Below are positions 46,715 to 58,422 of a stretch of 64,000 nucleotides of DNA, one piece after another. The translations under genes were made by a program, and so were the position numbers. Under the pieces are notes generated by a model, which was not told the DNA's origin, searched no databases, and saw nothing but the letters and a program-made list of their open reading frames with translations. How positions within the stretch are numbered: the first letter of the stretch is position 1; every line of letters begins with the position of its first letter. The stretch comes from Christensenellaceae bacterium (GTDB lineage: Bacteria > Bacillota > Clostridia > Christensenellales > UMGS416), in NCBI GenBank assembly GCA_963676355.1, contig OY781093.1, forward strand, positions 2,195,455 to 2,259,454, in the 5' to 3' direction.

Positions 46715-47490
46715 AGCACCACCTCGTCTATGTCAAACACAGGCCCATCTATACAAACACATTCATGATTCTCTTCGCCGTTTTTAACAGTTTTACACAC
46801 ACACACCTTGCATATTCCTATCCCGCAAGCCATTCTCTCTTCAAGCGATACAAGGCAGTTTGCACCATGCTTATCCACAACTTCTTTAAGTGATTTAAGC
46901 ATTGGCACAGGTCCACATGCCAGAATAATATCATATCTTTCTTTTTCAAGATTGCTGTCCAGCAATTGTGTCACAAAACCACATTCTTCAAGTGTTCCAT
47001 CATCTGAGCAAACAAATGCATTTTTGGATATTTCCTTAAAATCATTCACCTGATACGCAAACTCTGCGCTTCTAAATCCTATATAAGAATCAAACTCTAT
47101 GTCTTTGTAATATTCTATCGCATATTTAAGCGGGGCAACGCCAATTCCCCCACCTACAACAGCGGCTTTTTTAATATTTTTATTTAGCAAAAAACCTTTT
47201 CCACACGGTGAAATGACATCTAAATAGTCTCCGACTTTAACTCCACATATAGCTTTAGTTCCTTCGCCTTTAGCTTGAACTATTATCTTTATTGTTGAAT
47301 TATCGAAATCAACCGAATTTATGCTTATAGGGCGACGAAGCAATAAATCATTGCGACCATTTACCTTTATGTGCACAAACTGTCCCGGCCATGTATTTTT
47401 AGTGTTGCATTCAAATTCAATCAAATATGTGTTGGTCGCCACACAGTCATTTGACACAACTTTGCATCTATCAAATTTTTTCGCCATCAA
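46711..47490 (-). CDS. pyrK: Dihydroorotate dehydrogenase B, electron-transfer (FAD/2Fe-2S) subunit
   Basis: RRPISI FAD motif and a C-terminal CGIGICKVC cluster. Confidence 0.9.
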   Translation of the reverse strand: MMAKKFDRCKVVSNDCVATNTYLIEFECNTKNTWPGQFVHIKVNGRNDLLLRRPISINSVDFDNSTIKIIVQAKGEGTKAICGVKVGDYLDVISPCGKGFLLNKNIKKAAVVGGGIGVAPLKYAIEYYKDIEFDSYIGFRSAEFAYQVNDFKEISKNAFVCSDDGTLEECGFVTQLLDSNLEKERYDIILACGPVPMLKSLKEVVDKHGANCLVSLEERMACGIGICKVCVCKTVKNGEENHECVCIDGPVFDIDEVVL

Positions 47491-50400
47491 TTATCTCCAA
47501 GCTCGTGAAGTCCGACAATGTCGAGTTCTGCATCGGTTTTATTAAGCTTGAGACAATTGACCAATGCGCGCACAGTGTCAAGTGATGTAAGGCAAGGCAC
47601 CTTAAATTCCACCGCCATCCTACGCAGCTTAAATCCATTGGTTGAGCTGTCGCGGCCCTGTGTCGGAGTGTTTATAATAAGCTCAATTTTCTCAGAATGT
47701 ACCATCTGACTTATGTTTGGCATATCTTCATTGATACCGCCAATCTGAGATGCCGGAACATAGCTGCTGTTTAATGCATGTGCAGTACCGCTTGTTGCAT
47801 ATATCTTGTATCCAAGTACAACTAAATCCTCAGCAATCCTTGTAACTTCAGGCTTATCTATGTCTGCCACCGAGATAAATACATTTCCTTTTCTAGGAAT
47901 GTTATATCCAGCCGCCATAAGACCTTTAAGAACAGCCTCGTTATAATCATAGCTGATTCCTAAAACCTCTCCCGTTGATTTCATTTCAGGTCCTAATGAT
48001 ATCTCAAGTGCCGGAAGTTTCTCAAATGAGAATACAGGGACTTTGACTGCAAAGAAATCACGCTTTTTATAAAGTCCAGTTCCATATGCCATGTCCTTTA
48101 GCTTGTATCCCATCATGCATTTTGTAGCAAGTTCTATCATAGGAACACCTGTCACTTTACTAATGTAAGGGACCGTCCTTGAAGAACGAGGGTTCACTTC
48201 AATTACATATATGTTATCTTCACTTAAAATATACTGAATGTTTATCATTCCAATAACTTTAAGCTCTTTGCATAGTTTCTTTGTGGTCTCCACAATAACA
48301 TCTTTTATCTCGCTGGAAAATGAGTATGCAGGATATACAGATATTGAGTCTCCTGAATGAACACCCGCGCGCTCTACGTGTTCCATAATTCCCGGGATTA
48401 AAAAGTCTTTGCCGTCTGATATAGCGTCAACCTCAATTTCCATTCCCACAAGATATTTATCTACCAATATTGGATGTTCCGGAGTTCCATATCTTGTTAT
48501 TATCTCCATATATTCAGCGATATCTTTATCCGAGTATGCTATCTCCATTCCCTGACCGCCAAGAACATATGAGGGTCGCACAAGCACAGGATATCCAAGC
48601 TCATTTGCAAGCTTTAATGCTTTTTCTGTTGTAAACACCGTGTCGCCTTTTGGTCTTGGTATGCTACACCTTTCAAGAAGTGCATCAAAACAGTCACGGT
48701 CTTCGGCATCATTTATGTTTTCAAGGCTTGTGCCCAGCACTTTATAGCCCATTTTTTCAACAGCTTCAGCAAGCTTTATAGCAGTCTGCCCTCCGAACTG
48801 GACAACAACTCCCTCGGGTTTTTCAAACTCCAATACATTCCACACGTCTTCAGGTGTAAGCGGCTCAAAATACAACCTGTCGGATGTATCAAAGTCGGTT
48901 GACACCGTCTCTGGATTGTTGTTTATAATAACTGTATCATAACCAAGCTCTTTAAGTGCCCATATAGAGTGAACTGAGCAGTAGTCAAACTCAACTCCTT
49001 GACCTATTCTTATTGGTCCAGAGCCAAGTACAACAACTGACTTATTGTCACTCTTGCTTGCCTCGTTTTCAATGTCATATGTTGAATAATAATACGGGCT
49101 TACAGCATCAAACTCAGCACCGCAAGTGTCCACCATCTTAAATGTTGGGAAAATGTTAAACTTTTTGCGCAATTGTCTTATTTTTTCTTCATTGCTTCCC
49201 GTCATTCTTCCAATAGCTTCATCGGAAAATCCACGCTTTTTAAGTTCTTTTAAATGATCTTTATCAAGGCACTCTATTCCACAAGATTTCAAGTGCTCTT
49301 CCTGCCGAATAATATTTGATAGCTTATATAAGTACCATGGATCTATTTTCGTGATGTCAAAAATATGCTTTTCTGAAACACCACGCCTCAAAGCTTCTGT
49401 TACAACAAAAATTCGCTCATCAGTTTTCATGTGCAAAAGTGCTTCTATGTCATCATCGGAACGTATTGCCGCATCTCTAAATTCAAGTGAATCTAAACCA
49501 AGCTCCAACGAACGCACGGCTTTTAGGAATGCTGATTCAAAGTTTGAACCGATAGACATGACTTCGCCAGTCGCCTTCATCCTTGTTCCTAAGCTATTTT
49601 CAGCCTTTGTAAATTTATCAAATGGCCATCTCGGAAACTTAACAACAACATAATCCAACGTCGGTTCAAATGAACTATAGGTCTTTCCGGTAACAGAGTT
49701 TTCTATTTCGTCCAATCCATAGCCCACAGCAATTTTTGCCGATATTTTTGCAATAGGATAGCCGGTTGCTTTTGAAGCAAGTGCTGAACTGCGGGACACA
49801 CGTGGATTAACCTCAATAACAGCATAATTCATGCTATCGGTATCCAGTGCATACTGTACATTACATCCACCTTCAATTTTTAATGCTGATATTATCTTTA
49901 TTGCCGATGTACGAAGCATTTGATACTCTGCATCACGCAGCGTTTGTGACGGTGCAACAACTATTGAGTCCCCAGTGTGTATTCCAACTGGATCTATGTT
50001 TTCCATGTTACAAACTGTAATGCAGTTACCCTTTGAGTCCCGCATCACTTCATATTCAATCTCTTTCCAGCCTGCAATAGATTTTTCAATAAGGCACTGA
50101 CCTACCCTTGAGTACCTCAATCCATCAGCACATATTGAGGCAAGCTCCATTGGTGTAGCTGCTATTCCGCCACCTGAACCACCCAGTGTATATGCAGGGC
50201 GAACGATAACGGGATATCCCGCTTCGCTTGCAAACTCAAGTGCAGGATCAACATCAGTTACAATAACGCTGTCAATTATAGGCTCATCAATCTCAATAAG
50301 CATCTGTTTAAATGCATCCCTGTCTTCAGCTTTATAAATAGATTCAACATTTGTTCCGAGAAGGCGTACGCCCACTTCATCCAAAAATCCACTTTCGGAC

Positions 50401-50705
50401 AATTCCATTGCGGCGTTAAGCCCTGTCTGTCCGCCAAGCGTAGGAAGTATTGAGTCTGGCTTCTCTTTTCTTATTATTTTTTTTAAAAATTCCTGTGTTA
50501 ACGGCTCAAGGTATACTTGGTCTGCAATGTTTAAGTCCGTCATTATGGTTGCGGGATTTGAATTAACCAGCACAACCTCAATGCCTTCATCTTTGAGTGC
50601 GCGGCAAGCTTGCGTTCCCGCGTAGTCAAACTCTGCAGCCTGTCCGATGACAATCGGTCCAGAGCCTATAACCATTACTTTTTTAATGTCTTTATTAAGT
50701 GGCAT
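47487..50705 (-). CDS. carB: Carbamoyl-phosphate synthase large subunit
   Basis: 1072 aa with duplicated ATP-grasp halves and an MGS-like C-terminus. Confidence 0.95.
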   Translation of the reverse strand: MPLNKDIKKVMVIGSGPIVIGQAAEFDYAGTQACRALKDEGIEVVLVNSNPATIMTDLNIADQVYLEPLTQEFLKKIIRKEKPDSILPTLGGQTGLNAAMELSESGFLDEVGVRLLGTNVESIYKAEDRDAFKQMLIEIDEPIIDSVIVTDVDPALEFASEAGYPVIVRPAYTLGGSGGGIAATPMELASICADGLRYSRVGQCLIEKSIAGWKEIEYEVMRDSKGNCITVCNMENIDPVGIHTGDSIVVAPSQTLRDAEYQMLRTSAIKIISALKIEGGCNVQYALDTDSMNYAVIEVNPRVSRSSALASKATGYPIAKISAKIAVGYGLDEIENSVTGKTYSSFEPTLDYVVVKFPRWPFDKFTKAENSLGTRMKATGEVMSIGSNFESAFLKAVRSLELGLDSLEFRDAAIRSDDDIEALLHMKTDERIFVVTEALRRGVSEKHIFDITKIDPWYLYKLSNIIRQEEHLKSCGIECLDKDHLKELKKRGFSDEAIGRMTGSNEEKIRQLRKKFNIFPTFKMVDTCGAEFDAVSPYYYSTYDIENEASKSDNKSVVVLGSGPIRIGQGVEFDYCSVHSIWALKELGYDTVIINNNPETVSTDFDTSDRLYFEPLTPEDVWNVLEFEKPEGVVVQFGGQTAIKLAEAVEKMGYKVLGTSLENINDAEDRDCFDALLERCSIPRPKGDTVFTTEKALKLANELGYPVLVRPSYVLGGQGMEIAYSDKDIAEYMEIITRYGTPEHPILVDKYLVGMEIEVDAISDGKDFLIPGIMEHVERAGVHSGDSISVYPAYSFSSEIKDVIVETTKKLCKELKVIGMINIQYILSEDNIYVIEVNPRSSRTVPYISKVTGVPMIELATKCMMGYKLKDMAYGTGLYKKRDFFAVKVPVFSFEKLPALEISLGPEMKSTGEVLGISYDYNEAVLKGLMAAGYNIPRKGNVFISVADIDKPEVTRIAEDLVVLGYKIYATSGTAHALNSSYVPASQIGGINEDMPNISQMVHSEKIELIINTPTQGRDSSTNGFKLRRMAVEFKVPCLTSLDTVRALVNCLKLNKTDAELDIVGLHELGDN

Positions 50706-50721
50706 ATTTTCTCCTAATAAC

Positions 50722-51771
50722 TTATAGCAAATTCATAAACTCATCAAAAAGATAAGCTGTGTCCTGCGGTCCCGGCGCAGCTTCCGGATGAAACTGCACA
50801 GTAAATATTGGGTCATCTAAATATTTTAGTCCTTCAATGGACATGTCATTCCAATTCCTGTGAGAAACTACTATATTGCTAGGCAAAGAATCCTCAACAA
50901 CAGTATATCCATGGTTTTGAGATGTGATAAAAACGCGATCCTTGTCCAAGTCTTTTACGGGATGGTTTGCTCCCCTGTGTCCATATCTCAGTTTCTCTGA
51001 GTCCGCACCACTTGCAAGTGCCATAAGCTGATGACCTAAGCATATCCCGAATATCGGCTTATATCCGATTAAAAGCTTAATTTGCTCTATTACTTCAGGA
51101 TTATCCTTAGGATCTCCCGGTCCGTTTGTAAGCATAATACCATCAACTTCATCCTCCATAATTTCTTTTGCAAGAGTGCCGGATGGATATACTATCAAAT
51201 GACAGTCACGCTTTCTAAGCGATGAAAGAATTGAAGCTTTCAAACCAAAATCAAGCACGGCAACTTTTTTACCTTTGCCGGGTATTTCAAACTTTTCATC
51301 ACATGTGACTTTTTCTACAGGTTTATCAACTTTATAGTTGAGCATTTCTTTTTTCATGTCTTCAGTCAGCTCGTTCTTGGATATTATCCCGCGCAGTGTA
51401 CCATGGTCACGTATTGAACGTGTTAGCGCACGTGTGTCAATATCCTGAATGCCAACTATCCCATGCTTTATCATATACGCTTCAAGAGAGCCTTCACTTC
51501 GCCAGTTGCTAGGCAACTCGCAAAGCTCCCGCACCACAAATCCTTTTACCTGCGGATGCATGGACTCTGGGTCTTCCCAGTTTACTCCGTAGTTTCCTAT
51601 AAGAGGATACGTCATCATCACTATTTGTCCGTAGTATGAAGGATCTGTCAATACTTCTTGATACCCAGTCATTCCTGTGTTAAAAACTACTTCACCGATT
51701 GTGTCGCCGTCAGCTCCAAACTGTTTACCCTCATAAACAGAGCCGTCTTCCAAATAAAGATAAGCCATCAT
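50722..51771 (-). CDS. carA: Carbamoyl-phosphate synthase small (glutaminase) subunit
   Basis: GICLGHQ nucleophile elbow and HRGANHPV. Confidence 0.95.
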   Translation of the reverse strand: MMAYLYLEDGSVYEGKQFGADGDTIGEVVFNTGMTGYQEVLTDPSYYGQIVMMTYPLIGNYGVNWEDPESMHPQVKGFVVRELCELPSNWRSEGSLEAYMIKHGIVGIQDIDTRALTRSIRDHGTLRGIISKNELTEDMKKEMLNYKVDKPVEKVTCDEKFEIPGKGKKVAVLDFGLKASILSSLRKRDCHLIVYPSGTLAKEIMEDEVDGIMLTNGPGDPKDNPEVIEQIKLLIGYKPIFGICLGHQLMALASGADSEKLRYGHRGANHPVKDLDKDRVFITSQNHGYTVVEDSLPSNIVVSHRNWNDMSIEGLKYLDDPIFTVQFHPEAAPGPQDTAYLFDEFMNLL

Positions 51772-51777
51772 TACTCC

Positions 51778-52686
51778 TTATTTTCTACTAATTGCTTTAT
51801 TTAAATCCTCTTTCATTGCAAGCGTCGCTTTTTTAGCCGCCTGAGCAAAAGAGAGTGTGTCATCCTTTTTCCATGCGCATATAATCCCACGCGATGAGTT
51901 TACTATTCCACCATTTCCATTATCGTCAAACATTCCGGCAACGTCATCCGCCGCCGCACCCTGCGCACCATATCCCGGTATCAGGAAAAATGTGTTTTTC
52001 ATCATCTTGCGAAGTTTAATGCCTTCTTCCTTGTGGGTTGCTCCCACTACAGCGCCTATAAGATTGTACCCGTATTCGCTGTCTATGCTGTCTTTTCCCC
52101 AATCAATTACAAGCTGTGCTGTCTTTTCATACACAAGACTTCCGTCTTCTGTTTTTAAGTCCTGTATTTCGCAGCTGGATGGATTTGATGTTTTAACAAG
52201 CACAAACAGTCCTTTGTCGTAGTTGTTGCAAGCTTTTGCAAAAGGTGCAACACCATCAGTGCCGAAATAAGGATTGACAGTCATAAAGTCTGAATCAAAA
52301 GGAGCGCCGCCAATTAATGGAGTCTCTCCTATATGAGCCATAGCATATGCCTCGCTTGTAGAGCCTATATCTCCGCGCTTTACATCAGCAATAACAACGA
52401 GCCCAGCCTCTTTAGCATAGTCTATTGTTTTCTTATATATCTTTATTCCTTCAACTCCATACATTTCATAATATGCATTTTGAATCTTTATTGAAGGAAC
52501 AATATCGCATATCTCATCTATCAGCTGTCGGTTAAAGTCATATATCGCCTCACATGCACCGATAAGGCTTTCTACATTATACTTACCAGTCAACTTTTTC
52601 GGCAGGTATTCAAGCCTAGTGTCAAGCCCCACGCATATAGGGCTTTCCTTTTTATTAATTTCTTTTATTAGTCTGTTTGTAATCAT
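51778..52686 (-). CDS. pyrF: Orotidine-5'-phosphate decarboxylase (long type 2 form)
   Basis: 302 aa with VGLD and DVKRGDIGST motifs. Confidence 0.85.
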   Translation of the reverse strand: MITNRLIKEINKKESPICVGLDTRLEYLPKKLTGKYNVESLIGACEAIYDFNRQLIDEICDIVPSIKIQNAYYEMYGVEGIKIYKKTIDYAKEAGLVVIADVKRGDIGSTSEAYAMAHIGETPLIGGAPFDSDFMTVNPYFGTDGVAPFAKACNNYDKGLFVLVKTSNPSSCEIQDLKTEDGSLVYEKTAQLVIDWGKDSIDSEYGYNLIGAVVGATHKEEGIKLRKMMKNTFFLIPGYGAQGAAADDVAGMFDDNGNGGIVNSSRGIICAWKKDDTLSFAQAAKKATLAMKEDLNKAISRK

Positions 52687-52741
52687 ATTAATCCTATTCT
52701 ATCAAATGTATAAATATAATGCAACATGTATATTTATACAG

Positions 52742-54016
52742 CTATTCGTTCCAGTATGCCATTTCACCGTTTACGACTGTTCCCATTATATCGCCATGTA
52801 CTTTCATACCACCAAAAGGATTGTTTTTCCCTTTTGAAACAAACTTTGACGGATCTATCACATACTCTTTGTTCGTGTCTATTATAGTTAAATCTGCCGT
52901 CGCTTGTTTTGTTATCCCCATGCTTTTCTGCTGCAATATTTCAAGTGGATTAAAGCTCATTAGCTCCACCAGTTTCGCCATATCTATATGGCCTTCTTTA
53001 ACCAAGTGTGTATAACACATCGAAAACGATGTTTCTAATCCCGATATTCCGTTTGATGCTAGAGAGTATTCCACGCGCTTGTCGTCCAAATGATGCGGAG
53101 CGTGGTCTGTTACGATGCAGTCAATAGTGCCATCCTTTATTGCCTCAATTATCGCAAGCCTGTCTTCTTCTGTCCTAAGGGGCGGATTTACCTTCGTGTT
53201 GGTATCATATCCGACTACCATCTCATCCGTGCCAGCTATGTAGTGCGGCGTAGTCTCACACGTTACTTGCACTCCCCTTCTTTTCGCATTCCGGATAGCT
53301 TCAACTGTTTCCTTAGCTGAAACATGTGCTATATGAACTTTTGTGCCCAGATATTCCGCTAAGTGAATGTCGCGAACCGCCATTATTGACTCTGATACAT
53401 TTGGTATGCCCGAAAGTCCTAGCATTGTGCTAACTTCACCTTCATTCATATCGCCCTTAAGCGAAGGCTCTTCACAGTGAGATATTATAAGCGTATCAAA
53501 GTTTTTTGCATATTCAAGTGCAAGATACATCATTCTTGCGCTTTTTACCGGCACTCCATCATCCGAAAAAGCCACGCAGCCTGCATCTTTCATCATGCCC
53601 ATCTCTGTAAGCAGTTTGCCGTTTTGGGCCATAGTAACACTGCCTATAGGTAGCACTTTCACTTTCGCATCTGTTTTGCATATCGAATTAATCGAATGTG
53701 TCATTGCAGGACTGTCGTTTACAGGATTTGTGTTAGGCATGCACGCTACTGTGCAAAATCCGCCTCTTGCCGCTGCCGCAGTTCCGGACGCGATGTCTTC
53801 TTTATATTCGTAGCCCGGTTCACGAAGATGCACATGCATATCGCACATTCCGGGGATTACCGTCATTTTTTCAGCATTATATATTTTTGCCAAATCATCT
53901 TTTATGTCTTTTTCTATTTTTTCTATATGTGAATCCGATATCAGTATATCGAAATTGCCATCAATTTTATTTTTCGGATCAATAACATGTCCGCCCTTTA
54001 TCAATATCTTGCTCAT
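52742..54016 (-). CDS. pyrC: Dihydroorotase
   Basis: DMHVHLREPG metal motif and VTDHAPH. Confidence 0.95.
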   Translation of the reverse strand: MSKILIKGGHVIDPKNKIDGNFDILISDSHIEKIEKDIKDDLAKIYNAEKMTVIPGMCDMHVHLREPGYEYKEDIASGTAAAARGGFCTVACMPNTNPVNDSPAMTHSINSICKTDAKVKVLPIGSVTMAQNGKLLTEMGMMKDAGCVAFSDDGVPVKSARMMYLALEYAKNFDTLIISHCEEPSLKGDMNEGEVSTMLGLSGIPNVSESIMAVRDIHLAEYLGTKVHIAHVSAKETVEAIRNAKRRGVQVTCETTPHYIAGTDEMVVGYDTNTKVNPPLRTEEDRLAIIEAIKDGTIDCIVTDHAPHHLDDKRVEYSLASNGISGLETSFSMCYTHLVKEGHIDMAKLVELMSFNPLEILQQKSMGITKQATADLTIIDTNKEYVIDPSKFVSKGKNNPFGGMKVHGDIMGTVVNGEMAYWNE

Positions 54017-54933
54017 TTATCTCTCCTTGTAAGCATAAACAATAGTGCCATGCGAACAGCAAGTCCGTTTGTCACCTGTTCATCAATCAATGATGCTTCG
54101 CTGTCTATTGCAAAGCTTGACATCTCCACACCTCGGTTTACAGGACCGGGATGCATTATTATAGCATCATCTTTTGCAAGCTTTAGCCTTTTTTCATCAA
54201 TACCAAAATACTTATAGTACTCTCTTACTGAGGGAAAAAGCCCTGCGCTCTGTCGCTCTTTTTGAATCCTCAACCCCATCACAACATCAGCACCATCGAG
54301 TGCTTTGTCAACATTGTTGGTTACTTTAACTCCGCTTCGTTCAATTCCTATAGGAATCATAGTTGAAGGACCTGCAAGCACAACCTCTGCTCCCATTGCC
54401 TGCATTCCATATGCATTAGAACGAGCAACCCTTGAGTGCATTATGTCGCCTGTTATTGCCACCTTAAGACCATCAAGCGTTCCCTTGCTTTCTATTATAG
54501 TAAACATGTCCAAAAGCGCTTGTGTCGGATGCTCGTGCATTCCATCGCCTGCGTTTATAACTGAAGCCTCAACATTTTTTGCCATAAAGTGCGGCGCTCC
54601 GCTCATTGGGTGGCGCAGAACGATTACATCTGCCTTCATTCTATCCAGTGTGCGCGCAGTGTCCAACAAGGTCTCTCCCTTTGAAACAGATGACACGGCT
54701 GCTGAAATTGCAGAAGATGAAGCTGATAGATATTTTGACGCAAGATCAAATGAAACTCTCGTTCTAGTTGAGTTTTCAAAGAAACACAGTATAACAGACT
54801 TCCCTTGCAGATGAGGTGTTTTCTTTGAGCCACTCATAAGTATCTTTTTCATCTGGGCGGCAGTGTCAAGTATCTGAGTTATCTCATCTTTTGACACACC
54901 CTCAAGCCCTAAAAGGTCTTTGCTCTTTAACAT
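54013..54933 (-). CDS. pyrB: Aspartate carbamoyltransferase catalytic subunit
   Basis: STRTR, HPTQ and HPGP motifs. Confidence 0.95.
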   Translation of the reverse strand: MLKSKDLLGLEGVSKDEITQILDTAAQMKKILMSGSKKTPHLQGKSVILCFFENSTRTRVSFDLASKYLSASSSAISAAVSSVSKGETLLDTARTLDRMKADVIVLRHPMSGAPHFMAKNVEASVINAGDGMHEHPTQALLDMFTIIESKGTLDGLKVAITGDIMHSRVARSNAYGMQAMGAEVVLAGPSTMIPIGIERSGVKVTNNVDKALDGADVVMGLRIQKERQSAGLFPSVREYYKYFGIDEKRLKLAKDDAIIMHPGPVNRGVEMSSFAIDSEASLIDEQVTNGLAVRMALLFMLTRRDK

Positions 54934-54980
54934 GTTTAATCCCTTCGTTTTTAGTAAATAACATTATTTCATGGTTTTGT

Positions 54981-55006
54981 AAAAAGAGAGCGGCATAGCC
55001 GCTCTC
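54981..55006 (-). terminator. Attenuator terminator between pyrP and pyrB
   Basis: Minus strand GAGAGCGGC-TAT-GCCGCTCTC followed by TTTTT. Same position as the third B. subtilis pyr attenuator. Confidence 0.7.
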
Positions 55007-55013
55007 ATAATTA

Positions 55014-56258
55014 TTATTTTTCAGCCTTGCCCAGATTCTCCGGCAATGCCTTATTAAGCACTATTCCAACAACAGCCGCAAGTGCGTATCCTGTAAGCAC
55101 CATTCCTGAGGTTTGGCTTATCGGGATTGTAGCACCCCCGATTGCAGGAACCAACATCACCGCTGCGATAATCATGTTTCGTGGATTTTTAAAGTCTACT
55201 TTGTTTTCAACTAAAGTTCTAAGTCCAACGGATGTAATCATACCAAATAATATGATACTTACTCCGCCAAGTACGGGGCCTGGAATTGACTGAATCAGTC
55301 CGCCAAATTTGCCAATAAAGCTCATTGCAAGTGCAAAGCATGCTGCAATTACGAGTGATACTGGATTGTAGTTGCCTGTTGCTGCAAGAACGCCTGTGTT
55401 TTCTGAATAAGTTGTGTTAGCAGGTCCGCCAACCAAGCCTGCAAACATTGTTGCAAGACCGTCACCTATAAGTGTGCGATGCAGACCAGGATCTTTTACA
55501 AAGTCTTTTCCTACAACAGCACCGTTTGCTGTAATATCACCAATGTGTTCGACAAATGTGATTATTGCTACTGGAGCTACGATAAGAATTGCTTGTAAAC
55601 TAAACTTAGGCAAGAAAAATGCAGGGAACTCAAAGAATTTTGGTTCTGCAATTTTCGCAAAATCAACCATACCTAAAGCCATTGAAGCAAGATATGCAAC
55701 GACTATTCCAATTATTATCGGTATCATCTTTATAAAGCCTTTTGTAAACACGCTTATAACCATAATTGTGATGACCGCAATCAACGCAACTACCCAGTTT
55801 TGCCAAACAGGAACACCTTCAATAACAGCTGTTATATTGCTTATTGCAACACTTGCCAGCATAAGTCCGATTATTATGATAATTACACCTGTAACAAGCG
55901 GTGGGAAGAAGCTTTTTATTCTGTCCGCACCAAATAGCTTTACCAATAATGCAAGAACCAGATACAATACGCCTGCCACCATTAATCCGCCTGTTGCATA
56001 TGCAATGTCACCCGTTGCCTCCGCAGCAGCTGAGATTGCTGTCATAAATGCGAATGAAGAACCTAAAAATACAGGTACTTTTCTCTTTGTAATAAAGAAA
56101 AACATAATTGTTCCAAAACCGGCAGTAAACAATGCAACCGATACCGGTAAGCCCGTAAGTATCGGAACAAGCACCGTTGCTCCAAACATCGCGAACATGT
56201 GTTGTATGCCGAGTGCTATTAGTTTGCCCGGGCTAGTTTTTTGAGTTAAATCTGTCAA
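55014..56258 (-). CDS. pyrP: Uracil permease (NCS2 family)
   Basis: 414 aa, about 12-14 TM, NCS2 signature region (ENTGVLAATG). Confidence 0.9.
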   Translation of the reverse strand: MTDLTQKTSPGKLIALGIQHMFAMFGATVLVPILTGLPVSVALFTAGFGTIMFFFITKRKVPVFLGSSFAFMTAISAAAEATGDIAYATGGLMVAGVLYLVLALLVKLFGADRIKSFFPPLVTGVIIIIIGLMLASVAISNITAVIEGVPVWQNWVVALIAVITIMVISVFTKGFIKMIPIIIGIVVAYLASMALGMVDFAKIAEPKFFEFPAFFLPKFSLQAILIVAPVAIITFVEHIGDITANGAVVGKDFVKDPGLHRTLIGDGLATMFAGLVGGPANTTYSENTGVLAATGNYNPVSLVIAACFALAMSFIGKFGGLIQSIPGPVLGGVSIILFGMITSVGLRTLVENKVDFKNPRNMIIAAVMLVPAIGGATIPISQTSGMVLTGYALAAVVGIVLNKALPENLGKAEK

Positions 56259-56286
56259 TTTCCCATCCTCCTAATAAATATAATAA

Positions 56287-56307
56287 TAAAAAATCGGGTT
56301 TCCCCGA
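56287..56307 (-). terminator. Short hairpin with U-tract between pyrR and pyrP (weak attenuator candidate)
   Basis: Minus strand TCGGG-GAAA-CCCGA followed by TTTTTTA. Only a 5-bp stem. Confidence 0.35.
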
Positions 56308-56310
56308 AAA

Positions 56311-56992
<682 letters not shown>

Positions 56993-57029
56993 CATGTAGT
57001 ATGCGATGTCTATATCAAAATACTTTTTT

Positions 57030-57932
57030 TTAGATTTTTTTAAGAAGCTCTTCAAAGTCAGCCGGTAAAGGCGCATTAAAGGTCATAGTCTCTTGACTTC
57101 TTGGATGTCTTAGCTTCAGTTCATAAGCGTGAAGCATCTGACCTTTAAGGTTAAACTTTTGCTTCTTATAGCCATAGGTCGCATCTCCTACCACAGGATG
57201 CTTAATATATGCCATGTGAACACGTATCTGATGCGTTCTGCCGGTTGTGAGCTCTACATCAAGCAAAGAGTATTTATTGTATCTTTGTTCAACTTTATAG
57301 ATTGTTTTAGCGCTTCGTCCATCAATCACCACAGCCATCTTCTTGCGATCATTTTTACTACGCCCTATAGGAGCTTCCACTTCGCCACCATCATCTTTAA
57401 TGACGCCTTCAACCAATGCCTTGTATTTTCGCACTGCAGTTTTAGCTTTTATCTGCTCAGATAAATTAAGATGTGAAGTATCATTTTTGGCAATTACCAA
57501 AAGTCCGGTTGTATCTTTATCTATCCTGTGAACTATTCCCGGGCGCATTTGTCCACCTATAACAGGCATTGTTCCGCAATGAAACAATAGCGCGTTGACA
57601 AGCGTTCCGCTTTCATGTCCAGCAGATGGATGCACCACCATCCCACGCTTTTTGTTGACTACAATTATATCCTCATCTTCATAAACTATATCCAATTCAA
57701 TATCTTCAGGGGTTAGTTCTGTAGGCTTCGGATCATCTATAATAACTTGAACTTTATCATTTAGGGCAATCAAATAGGACGGCTTAATCTTCTCGCCGTT
57801 TACGAGAATCTTACCGTCCTTTATTAGCTTTTTACAATATGACCTTGAAATCTCAGAAATTTTATCCGCAATATATGCGTCAATCCTGAGGCTTAAATCA
57901 TCGTTTTTGCAGATAAAACTATGCTCAGTCAT
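57030..57932 (-). CDS. rluD: RluA/RluD-family 23S rRNA pseudouridine synthase
   Basis: Start trimmed to the ATG at 57932 (8-nt overlap with the lspA stop). S4 domain plus the HRIDKDTTG catalytic motif. Confidence 0.85.
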   Translation of the reverse strand: MTEHSFICKNDDLSLRIDAYIADKISEISRSYCKKLIKDGKILVNGEKIKPSYLIALNDKVQVIIDDPKPTELTPEDIELDIVYEDEDIIVVNKKRGMVVHPSAGHESGTLVNALLFHCGTMPVIGGQMRPGIVHRIDKDTTGLLVIAKNDTSHLNLSEQIKAKTAVRKYKALVEGVIKDDGGEVEAPIGRSKNDRKKMAVVIDGRSAKTIYKVEQRYNKYSLLDVELTTGRTHQIRVHMAYIKHPVVGDATYGYKKQKFNLKGQMLHAYELKLRHPRSQETMTFNAPLPADFEELLKKI

Positions 57933-58410
57933 TTTCTTTTTTTGCTTCCAGTACCTCTTTTTCAGGCTCTTTATAGAAAAACAAAACATATATTGCAAGC
58001 AAAATACCGCCTACGACTATGCAAGAGTCTGCAATGTTGAAAATTGCAAAATTTATAAGCTTAACGTAGATAAAATCCACCACATATCCGAATCTTATTC
58101 TGTCGATTGCATTGCCAAGTGCTCCACCACATATAAGCCCCAGTGTTATAAGTGCAAATTTATCAAGCTTATTTTTCTTAATCAAAACAAACACAAATGT
58201 TGCTACCACAAAAAGTATCGCCAAGGAAAAAAATACCCACTTAAACCCCGGAAGCATTCCGAATGAAGCCCCAGTGTTTTCTGCATAGTGAAAATGCAAA
58301 ACACCATCCCACAATGGATAATCAGCTATCGGTTTTAAATCTCTTAAAACAAAAAATTTGCTTATTTGATCTGCGATAATAGAAATCACCGCAATTATTA
58401 TTGTTATCAT
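57925..58410 (-). CDS. lspA: Lipoprotein signal peptidase II
   Basis: 161 aa, 4 TM, with NTGASFG and FNIAD motifs. Confidence 0.9.
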   Translation of the reverse strand: MITIIIAVISIIADQISKFFVLRDLKPIADYPLWDGVLHFHYAENTGASFGMLPGFKWVFFSLAILFVVATFVFVLIKKNKLDKFALITLGLICGGALGNAIDRIRFGYVVDFIYVKLINFAIFNIADSCIVVGGILLAIYVLFFYKEPEKEVLEAKKEND

Positions 58411-58422
58411 TAAGTATCCTTA

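Noticed and set aside
55414-56244. 276-aa plus-strand ORF antisense to pyrP. Similar long antisense ORFs occur at 54305..54814, 12104..12559, 8038..8379, 28564..28917, 34174..34518 and elsewhere.
   Set aside because: These are shadow ORFs on the opposite strand of well-supported genes. They have low-complexity Ser/Pro/Ile-rich translations and no SD.
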